Assembly: GCA_963674595.2 (NCBI GenBank) | Contig: CAXXFV010000015.1 | Coordinates: 192,001-256,000 of the forward strand | Source: a bacterium | Lineage (GTDB): Bacteria > Zhuqueibacterota > Zhuqueibacteria > Residuimicrobiales > Krinioviventaceae | Direction of reading: 5' to 3' | Length of the DNA stretch: 64,000 nucleotides | The notes under the pieces: model-generated | What the model was told of the DNA's origin: nothing | Databases searched by the model: none | The model's input: only the letters and a program-made list of their open reading frames with translations | Shown here: one piece after another, positions 18,659-29,100 of the stretch | Layout of the letters: every line of letters begins with the position of its first letter | Numbering within the stretch: position 1 is the first letter of the stretch | Made by a program: the position numbers and the translations under genes

Positions 18659-19894
18659 TTATTCATATCTTAAGGATTCAATGGGACTTAACCGCGCGGC
18701 TTTGCTTGCCGGGTAAATACCAAAAAACAAACCAATTGTTACAACAAATGCCAGACCGAGAAAAGCTACCCAGGCTGTTATAGCCGCAGGAATGGGAGTG
18801 CTGGTCTTGATAAAATATGCCAGTCCAACGGCAAGGCCTATTCCAATGGCAACACCAACAGCGCATATCATCATGGATTCAATTAAAAATTGAAAAAGAA
18901 TATCTGCTTTTTTGGCGCCTATAGCTTTTCGGATGCCTATTTCTCGGGTCCTTTCTGTAACAGAAACAAGCAATATGTTCATAATACCGATACCGCCTAC
19001 AAGCAGAGAGATGGCGCCAACGCCGATGGCAACAGCCCATAAAACGCGTGTCAGGTTTTTATAGGTATCCATCAACATACTTTGTTTGTTGATGGCAAAA
19101 TCGTTTTCTTTATCCGGTGTCAATCCTCTGATGCGGCGCATAACACCGACAAGTTCAATTTCAGCATCTTCCATAAGTTCCGGGGAAGCCACTTTAACTT
19201 CAATGTCTACTGAACGCCATCTGGCACCAAAGTATGATTGAAAAACATCAATGGGGAGGTAGAGTCGTTGGTCCATATTCATGTCAAACATGGAGCCTTT
19301 TTTTTCAACAACGCCAATGACCTTTAATTTATGGCCTTCTATTTTTACCCGTTTGCCGATTGGATCTGTGTTGGGAAACAGGGATTCGGCTACTTCTGAT
19401 CCCAGAACACAAACAGCCCTTCGATGTTTCACATCCGTAGTATTCAGAAAACGGCCATATTCAGGAAAAGCATTGGACGTGATAAGGTATTGGTCGTTTG
19501 TTCCAACAATAACAACCCGTTCCACATCTTTTTCCTGATATTTTACCGTGCGGCGTGTATATAATGTCGGTGCAACGGCTTTGGCGAGTGTGGCCATGGA
19601 TTTAATTTTTTCAGCATCATCTTCTGTCAGGTTTCGCCTGTTTCGATAGGTAAACCATTCCGTATCGCTGCTCATGATCCAGGGGTATTTTTCGACATAT
19701 ATTGTATCTGTTCCAATAGCTGAAATTTGATTTTCAAAAGCTTTATTAAGGCCCTGAACAAGAGAAACGATCGTGATAACGGTTGTTACTCCGATAACAA
19801 TTCCAAGGGTTGTTAAAATCGACCGCATCTTGTATGAACGAAGCGCTTCAAAGGCAATTTTAACGCCTTCTCCAATGTAAATAAAAAATCTCAT
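18659..19894 (-). CDS. MacB/YknZ-type ABC transporter permease (paralogue)
   Basis: RSILTTLGIVIG, GGIGIMNILLVSVTERTREIGIRK, LSPIESLRYE. Confidence 0.93.
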   Translation of the reverse strand: MRFFIYIGEGVKIAFEALRSYKMRSILTTLGIVIGVTTVITIVSLVQGLNKAFENQISAIGTDTIYVEKYPWIMSSDTEWFTYRNRRNLTEDDAEKIKSMATLAKAVAPTLYTRRTVKYQEKDVERVVIVGTNDQYLITSNAFPEYGRFLNTTDVKHRRAVCVLGSEVAESLFPNTDPIGKRVKIEGHKLKVIGVVEKKGSMFDMNMDQRLYLPIDVFQSYFGARWRSVDIEVKVASPELMEDAEIELVGVMRRIRGLTPDKENDFAINKQSMLMDTYKNLTRVLWAVAIGVGAISLLVGGIGIMNILLVSVTERTREIGIRKAIGAKKADILFQFLIESMMICAVGVAIGIGLAVGLAYFIKTSTPIPAAITAWVAFLGLAFVVTIGLFFGIYPASKAARLSPIESLRYE

Positions 19895-19909
19895 TTTTCA
19901 TTAACCAGG

Positions 19910-20590
19910 TTAATTTATAGCCTCATCCCGTTCAACCAGTCCGTCTCGTAAACGTATAATACGGTCTGAATGTTCGGCAATATATTCTTCATGGGTTACC
20001 AATACAATAGTATTGCCGGCGTCGTGTAGTGTTTCAAATATTTCCATAATTTCTTCGCCGGTTTTACTGTCCAGGTTTCCGGTTGGTTCATCCGCCAAAA
20101 TAATGGACGGATTGTTAACAAGGGCTCGTGCAATAGCGACTCGCTGACGTTGCCCACCGGAAAGTTCGTTTGGTTTGTGATGCATTCTGTCTGCCAGTCC
20201 AACTTTTTCCAGTGCTTCGGTGGCCATTTTTTTACGTTGAGAGGCCGGTGAACCGTTATAAATCAGAGGAAGTTCCACGTTGTGAAGACTGTTTGCTCTG
20301 GGCAGCAGGTTAAATGTTTGAAAAACAAAACCAATTTCCCGGTTGCGAATTTCCGCCAGTTGGTCGTCTGTCATATCGCTTACATTATTGTTGTTTAATG
20401 TATAGGTTCCGCCGCTTGGTGTATCTAAACAACCGACAATATTCATCAATGTTGATTTACCCGATCCGGAAGGACCCATAATAGCAACATATTCGTTTTT
20501 TTCTATAGATACATTTATTTTTTTTAATGCAGGGACTTTGACGGTCCCTATTTCATAAATTTTTTCAATGTTTTCAAGATTAATCAGCAT
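19910..20590 (-). CDS. ABC transporter ATP-binding protein (LolD/YknY-like)
   Basis: [33 protein letters not shown]. Confidence 0.95.
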   Translation of the reverse strand: MLINLENIEKIYEIGTVKVPALKKINVSIEKNEYVAIMGPSGSGKSTLMNIVGCLDTPSGGTYTLNNNNVSDMTDDQLAEIRNREIGFVFQTFNLLPRANSLHNVELPLIYNGSPASQRKKMATEALEKVGLADRMHHKPNELSGGQRQRVAIARALVNNPSIILADEPTGNLDSKTGEEIMEIFETLHDAGNTIVLVTHEEYIAEHSDRIIRLRDGLVERDEAIN

Positions 20591-20605
20591 CAGAGGCCCT
20601 CATTT

Positions 20606-21850
20606 CTAATCTTTCTTTTTATCGTTTTTTATATGTTCTTTGCCTTTTTTTTCCTCAACTTTGGAGCCGTCCTTTAATAATCGTGATAAGGCTTTATAAC
20701 TACCGGATACAACCTTGTCACCTTCTTCCACTCCGGACAAGATTTCTATGTTTGTATCATCAGAAATACCTGTTTTTACAGGTGTTATTTTTGCGATGCC
20801 GTCTTTAACAACAAAGACAACTTCCTGCAATTCTTTTTCCGAAGGATTGTCGGTCTTTTCTTCTTTTGTCGCTGTTGTATCTGGATTTTCTTCTTTATTT
20901 ATTTGATCTTTTAACTCGTCGGCTGAACGCGCTGTTACGCATTGAATGGGTACAAAAAGAATGTTTTCATGAGTTTCGGTTTTAATATCAACGGTTGCAG
21001 ACATACCGGGCCGTAATTTTTCAACCTTTGAGGTTACAGCTATTTTAACTTCAAAATTTGTCACTTGTTCCTGCGTACCGCGTCCGCGGGTTGTGGCTGT
21101 ATGAGCAATTTCAGATACTCTACCTTCAAATGTTGTATCCGGAATGGCATCGATTTCGATACTTGTTTCATCATTCAAATTTACCAAAACAACATCGTTT
21201 TCGTCAATTTCAGACAAAACTTCCATACGTGACAGATCGGACACTGTCATAATTGGGTCTGCCTGAAATTGGGAACCAACCGCCATTTCACCTTCTTCTT
21301 TTAACAGTTTTGTTACTGTTCCTGCAATCGGTGCTGTTAGGAGGGTTTTTGATAAATCATCATTGGTCTGTTTTAAATAGGCATTAGCCTGCTGGACCTG
21401 GCTTTGTGCTGAAAGTTTGGTTGCTTCAACAGCGTCGAGGTCTGCTTTTGTGGTCAGGTTTTTTGCAAACAGATCATTGGTTCTGGCAAAATCAGCTTCA
21501 GCTTTTTTAAGACCGGCTTTGGCTGACATAAGCCGTGATTCGGCTTCCTCAACCAGGGCTTCGTAACGTTGTTTGTCAAGTTCTGCCAGGACCTGTCCTT
21601 TTTGAACATATTCACCTTCAATGACGTGAATTTTCATAATTTCTGAGGAAATACGGGCAGCAATATCAACATCCACTTCCGGTTGTATATAACCACTTCC
21701 GGAAACGGTTTTTGTAATGTCACCTTTTTCAATAGTTGTTACAGATACTTCTATGGATGGACCGCTGCTCTTTTTTAAGATGTAAAATACATAGGCAGCA
21801 ATACTGACTAAAATGATAACAAGAATCGCAATTTTTGCTTTTTTTGACAT
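20606..21850 (-). CDS. Efflux periplasmic adaptor (MacA/YknX, HlyD family)
   Basis: N-terminal TM, lipoyl halves (G.YVQKGQVL, APIAGTV), coiled coil, LRPGMSA, G..EGDKVV. Confidence 0.9.
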   Translation of the reverse strand: MSKKAKIAILVIILVSIAAYVFYILKKSSGPSIEVSVTTIEKGDITKTVSGSGYIQPEVDVDIAARISSEIMKIHVIEGEYVQKGQVLAELDKQRYEALVEEAESRLMSAKAGLKKAEADFARTNDLFAKNLTTKADLDAVEATKLSAQSQVQQANAYLKQTNDDLSKTLLTAPIAGTVTKLLKEEGEMAVGSQFQADPIMTVSDLSRMEVLSEIDENDVVLVNLNDETSIEIDAIPDTTFEGRVSEIAHTATTRGRGTQEQVTNFEVKIAVTSKVEKLRPGMSATVDIKTETHENILFVPIQCVTARSADELKDQINKEENPDTTATKEEKTDNPSEKELQEVVFVVKDGIAKITPVKTGISDDTNIEILSGVEEGDKVVSGSYKALSRLLKDGSKVEEKKGKEHIKNDKKKD

Positions 21851-21901
21851 TTATATTCTCCAAATATATGTTATATAAATAGTTGCGATTTATAACTCTG
21901 T

Positions 21902-23302
21902 TTATTGAATTATTCCCATTGCCACATCAAGATAGCTTTTGGCGATTTTGGCATCAAATTCGACATTAACCAGATCTTTTTGTGCAGTGATAAGCTGTAC
22001 CTGTGCGTTTGTCACTTCCAATTCCGTTCCTGACCCTACACGTCGTTTTTCCTGCTGCAAACGCAGGTTTTCTTGAGCTGATTCGATATTTTCCTGGTTA
22101 ATTTTTATTATATCTTTATATGCTTCCAATTCCAGATAATATTGTTTTACAGATGCAATAACCGTACGTTTTTTATCTGTCAGGTTTTCTTGGGCAATTT
22201 TATAACTCAGTGTTTTTTGTTGAATATTGGCTTTGTCTGCAAATCCGTTGAATATATTTAAATCAAGAGAAGCACCGATGCTGACGGTATAATCCTGGTC
22301 TAGTTTGTTGGTATAAACCCGTCCGACATCTTGATTATTTCGACTATACGAAGCACTAGCACCGATAGAGGGAAGATATTGTGCCTTGGCAGCACGAATG
22401 TTGAAAAGAGCGGTTTTAACTTCCATTTCATAGGATTTTATTTGCTGGTTATTTTCCAAAGCAATTTGCGCTGCTTCCTGAAAAGTGATCTCTGAAAACA
22501 CAGGCTGCCCGTCATCTTCTCTAATCAAAACAGGTGTTTCGGGATTACGTCCCAGGGCATTGTTTAAATCAGCTTTGGAAATTTCAACAACATTCTGCTG
22601 AGTTATCAATTGTTTTTGGTATGTACCCATACTTACCTTTTGTTGAAAAACATCAGCCTGGGATGCTAATCCTATTTCCATTTCGGTTTGAACTCTGTCG
22701 AGTTCACCCTGAGCTTGTTTTAATGCCTGTTCATAAACACTTTGTAATCGCATATCCTTTAATAATTGAAAATAGGCTTCTTTTACACTTAAAATAACCT
22801 GCTGTTTGGTGCTGAGTTTGAGGTATTCGTATGATTTTTGGCTGCTTTTGGCTGCTTTGTAATTATTGGTACTGCGACCAAAATCGTAAATTTGTTGTTG
22901 AAGGGATATACTCGCGCTGTGTCGGTTTGTTTCAATTTTATCATTATATAAAACTAGTTTTTCGGTATAGAGTGGTTGTTTTGTGATAGGATCTTCACCA
23001 ATTTTTTCTGGTTCAGAGACTAACCGAGGTCCTTGAATCGATTTACCGGAACTAAACGATGTAGATACCGTCGGTAAAAAAGCTGACCGCGCAGAAGTGA
23101 CGGTGGTTGCCGCTATTTGTTCGCGATAGGCGGCGTTTCGCAATGTAGAATTGTTTTCTAACGCTATTTTAATACATTCTTCCAAACTCAGTGGAGTGTT
23201 TTCCTGGCTAAAAACATTATTTATTGAAAAAATCATGAGTAAAAGAAAAAGTACCATATATTTATTTAGTCGTGTCATGTTGTTATACTCCGATTGTGTC
23301 AT
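21902..23302 (-). CDS. TolC-family outer membrane efflux protein
   Basis: Signal peptide, LSLEECIKIALENN, two LP.(V/I) repeats, VKEAYFQL and VKQYYLEL. Confidence 0.9.
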   Translation of the reverse strand: MTQSEYNNMTRLNKYMVLFLLLMIFSINNVFSQENTPLSLEECIKIALENNSTLRNAAYREQIAATTVTSARSAFLPTVSTSFSSGKSIQGPRLVSEPEKIGEDPITKQPLYTEKLVLYNDKIETNRHSASISLQQQIYDFGRSTNNYKAAKSSQKSYEYLKLSTKQQVILSVKEAYFQLLKDMRLQSVYEQALKQAQGELDRVQTEMEIGLASQADVFQQKVSMGTYQKQLITQQNVVEISKADLNNALGRNPETPVLIREDDGQPVFSEITFQEAAQIALENNQQIKSYEMEVKTALFNIRAAKAQYLPSIGASASYSRNNQDVGRVYTNKLDQDYTVSIGASLDLNIFNGFADKANIQQKTLSYKIAQENLTDKKRTVIASVKQYYLELEAYKDIIKINQENIESAQENLRLQQEKRRVGSGTELEVTNAQVQLITAQKDLVNVEFDAKIAKSYLDVAMGIIQ

Positions 23303-23311
23303 GAAAATTAT

Positions 23312-24037
23312 TTAGCCAAAAAGTTTACCAATCCCTGCTGTGATCAGAAACCAAATTAAATATAATGCGGTAACCCAAGGCCATACACTTTTTACTTTTT
23401 TATTTGTAACAACGGCAATACCGATCGTTAAAACGGTGATTGACCAGATGTTGAACATTTCAATGTTTGCTAAAAAACGATATAAAAACGTATCTTTAAG
23501 AGCATCAGACATAAAAGTAGCAATGGAAAAATGGACGTTTAATGTTTCACGGGCCAATATAATGGGAAGTTTGATAAGCCCGCCAAGCGTTGGAATGAGC
23601 ATTCGGAAAGCATGAATACTTGCAAGCTGGGTGAATTTTGCCTGTCCTCCAAGTAAGACATTGCTGACAAATAACCAAAATGCGCCGCCAAGAAGGATGC
23701 TGACGATTGTTGCAACAACGACGGAAGGATACATTACATATTTTGTGATTTTTGCACCCTTTGTTAAAGCCTCGTCGATCTGTTCTTCTGACATGCCTCG
23801 CTTTTTAAATGCTTCAACCTGTTTTTGAGATTGTTCTTTCATAATGATCGGTTTTAAAAAAACTGTCATACCCAATGAAAACAGAATGATGATAAGTGTC
23901 GGTTGGAACCATTTGGGGTGAACGATTATTTTGGAAAAAGTTATTCCCGGAGCAGTAAAAACTCCATAAATTCTTTTCCATAAATTCAAATCTTTTTGTT
24001 GTTCATCTTCATGGGAGGTATAGCTTAAATCTGTCAT
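23312..24037 (-). CDS. YIP1-family membrane protein (YknW-like)
   Basis: RIYGVFTAP..TF..I...PKW, five TM segments, FNIWSITVL.IG. Confidence 0.8.
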   Translation of the reverse strand: MTDLSYTSHEDEQQKDLNLWKRIYGVFTAPGITFSKIIVHPKWFQPTLIIILFSLGMTVFLKPIIMKEQSQKQVEAFKKRGMSEEQIDEALTKGAKITKYVMYPSVVVATIVSILLGGAFWLFVSNVLLGGQAKFTQLASIHAFRMLIPTLGGLIKLPIILARETLNVHFSIATFMSDALKDTFLYRFLANIEMFNIWSITVLTIGIAVVTNKKVKSVWPWVTALYLIWFLITAGIGKLFG

Positions 24038-24085
24038 TATTTGGTCCTCCTGCGTAAATGACGTGAAACTAAAAAAAAGACGTAT

Positions 24086-25501
24086 TTATCCCTGAAAAGT
24101 TTCGTTTAAATATTGATCTTTTATATCAAGTAAAAATTGGTAAGCAGATTCGTGGTCGTTGGAGATTTCTCCGTTTAAAATAGCCTCTTCAATAGCTGTT
24201 TTGATTTTTCCGACAAGTGGTCCGGGTTTAATACCGCATATTTTTATTATTTCATCACCACGGACAGGTGGTTGAAACTGGCGTAAGCGGTCTTTTTCTT
24301 CAACTTCTTGTACCCGCTGAACGACATGATCAAAATTTGCCAGATGTTGTGCAACCCGTTTTGGATTACCGGATGTAATGTCGGCACGGCATAATGTTAT
24401 CAAATCGTCGATGTCATCTCCGGCATTAAATATCAGGCGGCGAATAGCCGAGTCGGTAACGCCCTCTTCTGCCAGATGAATGGGGCGTAGGTGCAGGTAA
24501 ATCAGTTTTTTTATGTATCGAATTGTCTCATTGGAAAGACGTAAATGTTTGCCGATTCGATTCATCATCCTGGCACCCAGGTCTTCATGTCCATGAAATG
24601 ACCAGCCGGTATCCGGATTGAATTGTTTTGTTAACGGTTTAGCTACATCATGAAAAAGCGCGGCCAAACGCAGGTCGAGTTTTGTCGACACATCGGAAAT
24701 GTTGTTTAAAACTTGTAACGTATGTATAAACACATCTTTATGTTTAAAATGACCTCTTTCATCAACCCCTTTTAGATCGGAAATTTCAGGCAATACCAAT
24801 TCCAGCACGCCGGTTTGTTCCATTATATTAAGGCCGATGGAAGGCTTTTGCGAGGCTATTATTTTTAACAACTCTTCAGTAATACGTTCCTGTGAAATTA
24901 TTTTTAAACGCTCTTTCTCATTAAACAACGCTTCTTTCGTTTTTCTTGCGATTTGAAAATTAAGTTGAGTCGCAAATCTTATGGCGCGCATTATTCGAAG
25001 TGGGTCATCAAAAAAAGTTTTCATCGGTTCCAATGGTGTACGTATTATCTTTTTCTTTAGGTCTTTTTGACCGTTAAAAGGATCAATTACGTTTCCATAG
25101 GTATTTTTATTTAATGAAACGGCCATAGCATTAATGGTAAAATCTCTTCGTGATAAATCAGTCAAGAGGTCTGCCTGCTCTACTTCAGGATTCCTGGATT
25201 CTCCCCGATAGCTTTCTTTTCGGGCACCGACAAATTCCAGAATATTTTTTTCATGCTTTACCATGGCCGTTCCAAACTTTCGGTATGTCGTAATTTGGGT
25301 AGAATTTAGGGCCCTGGCGACTTTTTCTGCAAATTGCGGTCCGTCTCCAATGACGACAAAATCAATATCTTTAACATCTTTCCCCAATAAATGGTCTCTT
25401 ACATAACCACCGACCGTATAAACTTCAATATTGAAATTATCAGCTACATTTCCGATAGTCTTTAAAATTGGATTTTCAAACGATATATTATTCAGATACA
25501 T
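24086..25501 (-). CDS. cca: CCA tRNA nucleotidyltransferase with HD domain
   Basis: VGGYVRD..LG...KDIDF, DLSRRDFTINA, DDPLRIMRA.RF, ERI.EE, HDVAKP. Confidence 0.93.
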   Translation of the reverse strand: MYLNNISFENPILKTIGNVADNFNIEVYTVGGYVRDHLLGKDVKDIDFVVIGDGPQFAEKVARALNSTQITTYRKFGTAMVKHEKNILEFVGARKESYRGESRNPEVEQADLLTDLSRRDFTINAMAVSLNKNTYGNVIDPFNGQKDLKKKIIRTPLEPMKTFFDDPLRIMRAIRFATQLNFQIARKTKEALFNEKERLKIISQERITEELLKIIASQKPSIGLNIMEQTGVLELVLPEISDLKGVDERGHFKHKDVFIHTLQVLNNISDVSTKLDLRLAALFHDVAKPLTKQFNPDTGWSFHGHEDLGARMMNRIGKHLRLSNETIRYIKKLIYLHLRPIHLAEEGVTDSAIRRLIFNAGDDIDDLITLCRADITSGNPKRVAQHLANFDHVVQRVQEVEEKDRLRQFQPPVRGDEIIKICGIKPGPLVGKIKTAIEEAILNGEISNDHESAYQFLLDIKDQYLNETFQG

Positions 25502-25661
25502 TTGTTTTGTTTTATTGTTAAAAAGAAATTATTTAATTGAATATAGTGAATTGATTTATAAAAATAAAGTGCTCCATTTTGTCTTTTGGGCAAAATTTTT
25601 AAAATTTATGTATAAATATTGCCTAAAATTCAAAAAAAAACCATATTTTTAAAAATTTTAC

Positions 25662-25690
25662 TTGCTATTTATTATCTGTATATTTATAAT
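25662..25690 (+). promoter_or_regulatory. sigma70-type promoter in cca/surface-protein intergenic region
   Basis: TTGCTA-N17-TATAAT. Confidence 0.6.
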
Positions 25691-25750
25691 ATACTGATTT
25701 TTAGTTTTCTTATTAATCCATATTGGATTAAAAGTTAGGCATCTTTGTTA

Positions 25751-25917
25751 GGCAGCAAAATAAGAAAAGCATTTCATGGGAAAATTTAACAAAACTACAT
25801 CCTTACATTATTGTATTTGCTTTGTTTCAGCAATATACATTGTTTCACACTTACACGAATTATATTCCCCCTTTTTTTTAAATTTTAAAGGATTAAATGC
25901 TTTCATCTTGGCTGGCC
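25751..25917. ncRNA. Candidate structured RNA (rod with central bubble); family unknown
   Basis: Nested helices found by eye: 25751-56/25911-17, 25762-65/25906-09, 25766-74/25895-903 (9 bp perfect), 25781-89/25878-86 (9 bp perfect), apical 25812-21/25829-39. Confidence 0.35.
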
Positions 25918-26030
25918 GAAAAGCTGTCTTTGTCTTATGTTGAATAATTTTAGTTGGTTATGTCTTGTTGTTTTAATTGTAAGTAAATTGTGATGTTCGT
26001 AACATCATTTTATTTACAAAATTAATAACA

Positions 26031-26045
26031 TGGCATCTTATTTGC
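26031..26045 (+). promoter_or_regulatory. sigma54 (-24/-12) promoter of surface-protein operon
   Basis: TGGCATCTTATTTGC: GG-N10-GC with TGGCA and TTGC boxes, about 150 nt before ATG 26198. Confidence 0.65.
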
Positions 26046-26197
26046 CAAAAGTCAACTGACAAATTCAGACAAGAGTTCTATTAATTTAGAATTTTACTTT
26101 TCCTTTTTTATAGGAGGTGAGATTGGTTTATATGGCTATTATGAATAGAATGAAACGTAATTTTTCTTTTATAATTAATTGTAAAAGGGAGGAAAGA

Positions 26198-29100
26198 ATG
26201 AAAAACAGTAGCAAGCAAATGGTAATGTTTCTTGTTGCCTTTATGCTGATTTTGAGTTTTTCCCAAATTGTTATGGCTCAAAACGGTACAATTGCCAACA
26301 GGGAAACTGCAGACCCGCAACAAACCGGTTATGCAAAGTGGATTAAAATAACGGTGAAAGGTGGTCCGGGTGGAAACGACAACCTGGATGACAATTTTTT
26401 GGGTATGAAATTTCTTGTCGATTTAAATGTCGATTTGGATAACAACGAAAATACCCATACCGGAGACGTGTATGAATTACGCGGAAATATTGCGGGTGAA
26501 ATTGTCTCTACACCAACTGGAACCAATGATTACGATTCCTATTTTTACCTGCCGGTAAAACAGGGTACGGATACACCCTATCCCGTAGGTGAAACGGGTT
26601 ATCCAACATCATTACAGCCAAGGGTTTGGTTACAAACCTCCGGTCAGTTGCGTGTTGGTACCGCTCCGTTTTCATTTCCAATTGGGATTGACGCCCAATT
26701 TGAAATTTGTGATGACGGTATAAAACCTGTTATTCGAAAAGCATATTATTATGATGACGGAACCGGAAACACAATAGCTGTTGCTAATGTTCACAGTGGT
26801 AATATCACACCGTTTGACGGCAGAATAGACCGTGTGGACCTGATCTGGAGTGAACCGATGCAAACTCCGGCCACCCCTGCTGTGGTCAACGGCATGTTTA
26901 CCAATCTGGGATCAACGATTTATGGTATTGAACCTGTCGGTGAATGGAACGTGACACCTGCTGTTATTGCCAATCCGGAAACATATCTGGACCCGGCAGC
27001 AGTACAACAGGAACTCGGTCAATTCCGTTTTACTTTTTATCCTTTTTCATCACAGCCCAATTCCGGTATTCAACCGATTTTAAACTATAATCCTCCGGCA
27101 TCACCTGATGATCGTTTTCGTGAATTAAGAGATTCCGCGAATCCTTATGCTTATGCTCAAACAAGGGCATTAACGGATAAAGCAGGTCCTGCTATTGTCA
27201 GTGCAAAAACAAAAAGAGCCAACAGAAGACAGCCTTTGGCCAATGCGTTGACAAGCCGAAGAATTGAGGTTACATTTAGTGAACCTGTTTTATTGTCTAC
27301 CGTTACAGGATCAGATTTTGAAGTTTTTACAAATGGTACATTGAATCCTATTACTGGGATTATCTCTCCTGTCGCACCTACAACCAGCAGTTCAGTTTAC
27401 GAGTTTCAATTAACAAACAATTTTGCAACTGAAAATGAAACCGGAACGATACAATATACAGACGTTGAAACGAATGAAGTACGTGACATTCTTGGAAATG
27501 TAAACGGTCATTCAACTGCGCAAGAACCGCCTGTTCGTCCGGCAAATTCACGTGGATTAGTAATACCGATAACAGATGGTATTTTCCCAAATATTATTCA
27601 GGTAACCACAGTCGATGCTGACCCTGCCACACAAATGGCAACCGGTGGCACCTGGGGTTGGGGTTATTTGGATTATGTTGATGTTTTGTTTGATCATGCC
27701 ATGAATATTACCAGAACAAGCGTATCGGGATTTTCTGTTTCCGGTATGGGTATTCAGACAGTTGGCGGAACAGGTGTATGGCTTGAAGACGGCAGAACAT
27801 TTCGCGTTCCTCTTGTTGCCACAGATCCCAAGTTACCAAACACCGGTATTATTCCGACTGTGACATATACAAATCCGGCTGATCCTTATGGCTGTGAAGC
27901 AACAAATGGCGGAAACGCAGAAAATCTGTTATCAACAGATACTTATGTCTCTTCGAACAATTATTTAGCTGTTCAAATTTTGGATGGCGCCGGTCCTGCC
28001 ATTATTAAAGCTTACACAGCCGGTAGAAAACGAATTCGTGTATCTTTTAGTGAAAAAGTTAACACGAATGGTTGGCCGACATCTTTGGCCACTTCTCAGG
28101 CACCTACACGTTTTAAATGGTACGTTGGCGCGACACTTTCTGATCCTATTACAACCACGATTTTCTTTACCGGATTGTCTGGCGGTCGTCAGGACAGTGT
28201 TGTTTATTTAAATCATAATAGTTCTGAATGGGCTAAAACAGACAGCGGCGGCATCAACTTTTTTGCTCAAGGCGCTGTTTTCGATCTCAATGGCATTCAA
28301 AATATGCAATGGGATAATGACAATAGTCTGCTCATTAGAAATTTAACAAATCCGGACGTTAAAGTACGTCGCGATAATATCGCACCTATTTTACTTGTTT
28401 TGGAAACAGTAGATATTGATTTGGATGGTAAACTGGATCACTATCGCTTTTCATTTGATGACTTGTCACCGATCTTTCCAAGAAGCTCTTTTAATGTTGC
28501 AAATTGGTCGATCACAGGTTATGACGGTGTGAAAAATAATTTACAGGTTGATTTAAATGTCTATAATCCTTTCCATTCATTTTTTCAACCAACAGCAATA
28601 AATACTTTTGGTGATACTGTTGAAGTATTTGTCAAATTTGACGAAACAACCGGAGCAGGACCTGAAGTTACACCTTATGGTGGAGATACGGGTGATGTCC
28701 CGGATGTGGTTGTCGATGCAAATAACGGTTTTGCAGACTGGGCTGATAATGTGATGGCAGCACTTCCTGTCGGTTTAACCGTTGAAGCAGATAAAGCAGG
28801 CCCTGCAATTATGAGTGCACGGACTGTTAATACTTATCAGGTTGAAACATTCATTAGTGAAAATTTAAAAAGTTCTACAATCAATAAAGAAGACTTTGTT
28901 CTTGATATGGGTTTAAATGTGGGCATTGGCTGGTCATTTGACAATGTAACTCAGGTAAGCCCTGGAAAAGTTGTTATTACAGTCTATCAAAATCCGACAT
29001 TGTTCTGGTCTCCAACACAAAACGGAACCGTACAATTTTCTGAAGTTGGTGTTGTAACAGATAATATATCCGGTACGGATAATGGAAATATGCAGGTTGC

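Noticed and set aside
17422-19894. Recent duplication or repeat
   Set aside because: The two permeases share only family motifs and have diverged periplasmic domains; this is a common paralogue pair.
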